Source: Squalus acanthias (Eukaryota). From it: DNA of 64,000 nucleotides. Below the pieces are notes generated by a model. That model was not told the origin of the DNA and did not search any database. It saw nothing but the letters and a program-made list of their open reading frames with translations. Positions 61,957-64,000 of the stretch are shown here, in pieces (the stretch's first letter is position 1; the number at the start of each line of letters is the position of its first letter). Location of the stretch: contig CM059441.1 in the NCBI GenBank assembly GCA_030390025.1, positions 24,738,001 through 24,802,000 of the forward strand, given 5' to 3'. Made by a program: the position numbers and the translations under genes.

Positions 61957-62105
61957 CAATGTTCCCTCTTTTTATTTTGGTGCGTGGTCCCTTTAACTGG
62001 CTGCGCTGCCCGTTCAAGTTTTCGTGCATGCGCGGTGAGCGGCCTGCACGGGACCTCTAGGCTGCTGCGGGGGCCGTGTGGCCACGCAACTTAGCGGAAA
62101 CATTG
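61957..62105. mobile_element. Small hAT-like MITE
   Basis: CAATGTTCCCTCT / AGCGGAAACATTG termini; flanks TCTCCTGC / TTCCCCGC (5 of 8 match). Related start near 37985. Confidence 0.5.
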
Positions 62106-62193
62106 TTCCCCGCCCCACCTCCGCCTCTCATAACTGAGATCGAATAATGCAGCACCACTGGTCTGGGAGTCAAACCTGGGACCTTCATAGTTT

Positions 62194-62828
62194 ATAAAAT
62201 AAAAACAGAAAATGCTGGAGATACTCAGCAGGTCAGGCAGCATCTGTGAAGAGAGAAACAGAGTTAACGTTTCAGGTCGATGACCTTTCGTCAAAACTGG
62301 AAAAAAGCAGGAAATGGAACAGATTTTCAAGCAAGTGTAGAGGCTGGGAAAGGGGGGAGGGGATGAAAGAACTAAAGGGAAGGTCTGTGATGGGATAGAA
62401 GGCGGGAGAGGTTAAGAGACATTAAGAGATGTTCAAGGCAAAAGGAGATGGTAATGGGACAGGTTAAGAAACAAAGGATGGCTCTAGATGAAGTGTAAAT
62501 TGCGCTGGTGAAGAACACCTCGAGTCTCTTCACCGGGAGCAAGTGGAAGCCAAGCGCAAACAGTGGAAGGAGCGCACGTCAACCCAAGCACCCCACCCAC
62601 CCGCCCCTTCAACCACCGTCTGCCCCACCTGTGACAGAGACTGCAGGTCCCGCTTCGGACTCATCAGTCACCTGAGAACTCATTTTTAATGTGGAAGCAA
62701 GTCATCCTCGGTTCCGAGGGATTGCCTCAGAAGAAGAGAAGAGAAGAAGAAATTGCGCTGGCAGAATGAAAGACAGCTGCCATGTGGGAGAGAAGAACAG
62801 AAGGCACAAACAAAAAGTGTGGATATTT
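62194..62828 (-). mobile_element. Penelope family A 3' fragment (host of RTE insertion)
   Basis: Reverse complement matches 63320-63700. Confidence 0.8.
62509..62749 (+). mobile_element. RTE-type LINE 3' end with 12-bp TSD
   Basis: CPTCDRDCRSRFGLISHLRTH zinc finger, GAA-rich tail, AAATTGCGCTGG at 62497-62508 and 62750-62761. Confidence 0.85.
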
Positions 62829-63227
62829 GGCTCCGCGACATGTATTGGGCAAATTCGCCAAGTCGCGAAGTGGAGCCTTGCACCCTCATTTCCCTCCCTA
62901 AACCTCTCCGGCTCTCTGCCTCTCTCTCTCCTCCTTAAAGGCGCTCCTTAAAACCGACCTCTTTGGCCAAGCTGTCCTATATCTCCTTCTGTGGCTCGGT
63001 GTGTGTTTGATAATCGCCCCTGTGAAGCGCCTTGGGACCTGTTAAAGGCGCTGTATAAATACAAGTTGTTGCTGTTGTATCCGGATACCCGAGGGTGTTA
63101 ATTATCCCCAACAATCAATTAATTATCCAACAGGACGTTTCATCCAAAGACAAATCTGGTCCTTTACTGCCTCCCAGTGGCAAGAGAAGTGAACAGGCAG
63201 AAGAGCAGGGAGCTGTCTGCAGCAGCG

Positions 63228-63730
63228 ATTAGGCATTCTACAGCCCTCTGGACTCAACATAGAGTTCAACAATTTCAGATCATAACCTCGGCCCCTATCA
63301 CACATATATATATATTTTATCCACACTTTTTGTTTGGCCTTTTTTTCTTCCCTCCCACATGGCAGCTGTTCATTCTGCCAGCGCAATTCACACTTCATCT
63401 GGAGCCATCCTTTGTTCCTTAACCTGTCACATTACCACCTCCTCTTGTCTTGAATATCTCTTAATGTCTCTCAATGTCTCTCAATCTCTCCTGCTTTCTA
63501 TCCTGTCACTGACCTTCCCTTTTGTTCTTTCATCCCCTCCCCCATTTCCCAGCCCCTAAACCTGCTTTAAAATCTATTCCATTTCCTGCTTTTTTCCAGT
63601 TCCGACGAAGGGTTTCGACCTGAAACGTTAACTCTGTTTCTCTCTCCACGGATGCTGCCTGGCCTGCTGAGTTTTTCCAGCGTTTTCTGTTGTTATTTCG
63701 GATTTCCAGCATCCACAGTATTTTGCTATT
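63228..63730 (+). mobile_element. Penelope family A 3' fragment
   Basis: Endonuclease end plus shared tail; hammerhead core variant CCGACGA. Confidence 0.8.
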
Positions 63731-64000
63731 GTAATAGTTTCTCTCTGTCTACCCAATCTGCGTAACATTTTAAACAACTCGATCGGATCACCCCTCAATC
63801 TCCTACACTCGATGTCGGGGGGATTACGGGTCAGATTTCATCAGCCTGACACTACTCCTTGTCTAGGCTCGCACATGCTCACTTGCTGAGAAACCGGAGG
63901 GTAACTCAAGAATAAAAACAGAAAAATGCTGGAAACACTCAGCGTCTGTGGAAGGAAGAAGACTTGCATTTATATCGCGCCTTTCACATTTCTAAAGTAC

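Overview
Eukaryotic, repeat-rich DNA; the repeat content (CR1 LINEs, HE1-like V-SINE, SacSINE1-like DeuSINE, LF-SINE, Penelope) points to a shark. The only supportable host gene is the 3' part of contactin-2 (CNTN2/TAG-1) on the + strand: seven GT-AG exons (2070-23073) with consistent phases encode the last fibronectin type III domains and the GPI-anchor signal, followed by a probable ~5.5 kb 3' UTR. The rest is nested mobile DNA, two solo LTRs with target-site duplications, an H2B pseudogene, decayed tRNA-Leu copies and minisatellites. Almost all entries in the ORF track are repeat-derived or spurious. Most notable: minimal hammerhead ribozyme motifs in two Penelope families, a MITE family with four tandem hairpins that show compensatory changes between copies, local inverted duplications, and an orphan exon-like segment near 52.2 kb. 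Repeat boundaries are approximate and family names come from recognition by eye, not database searches.
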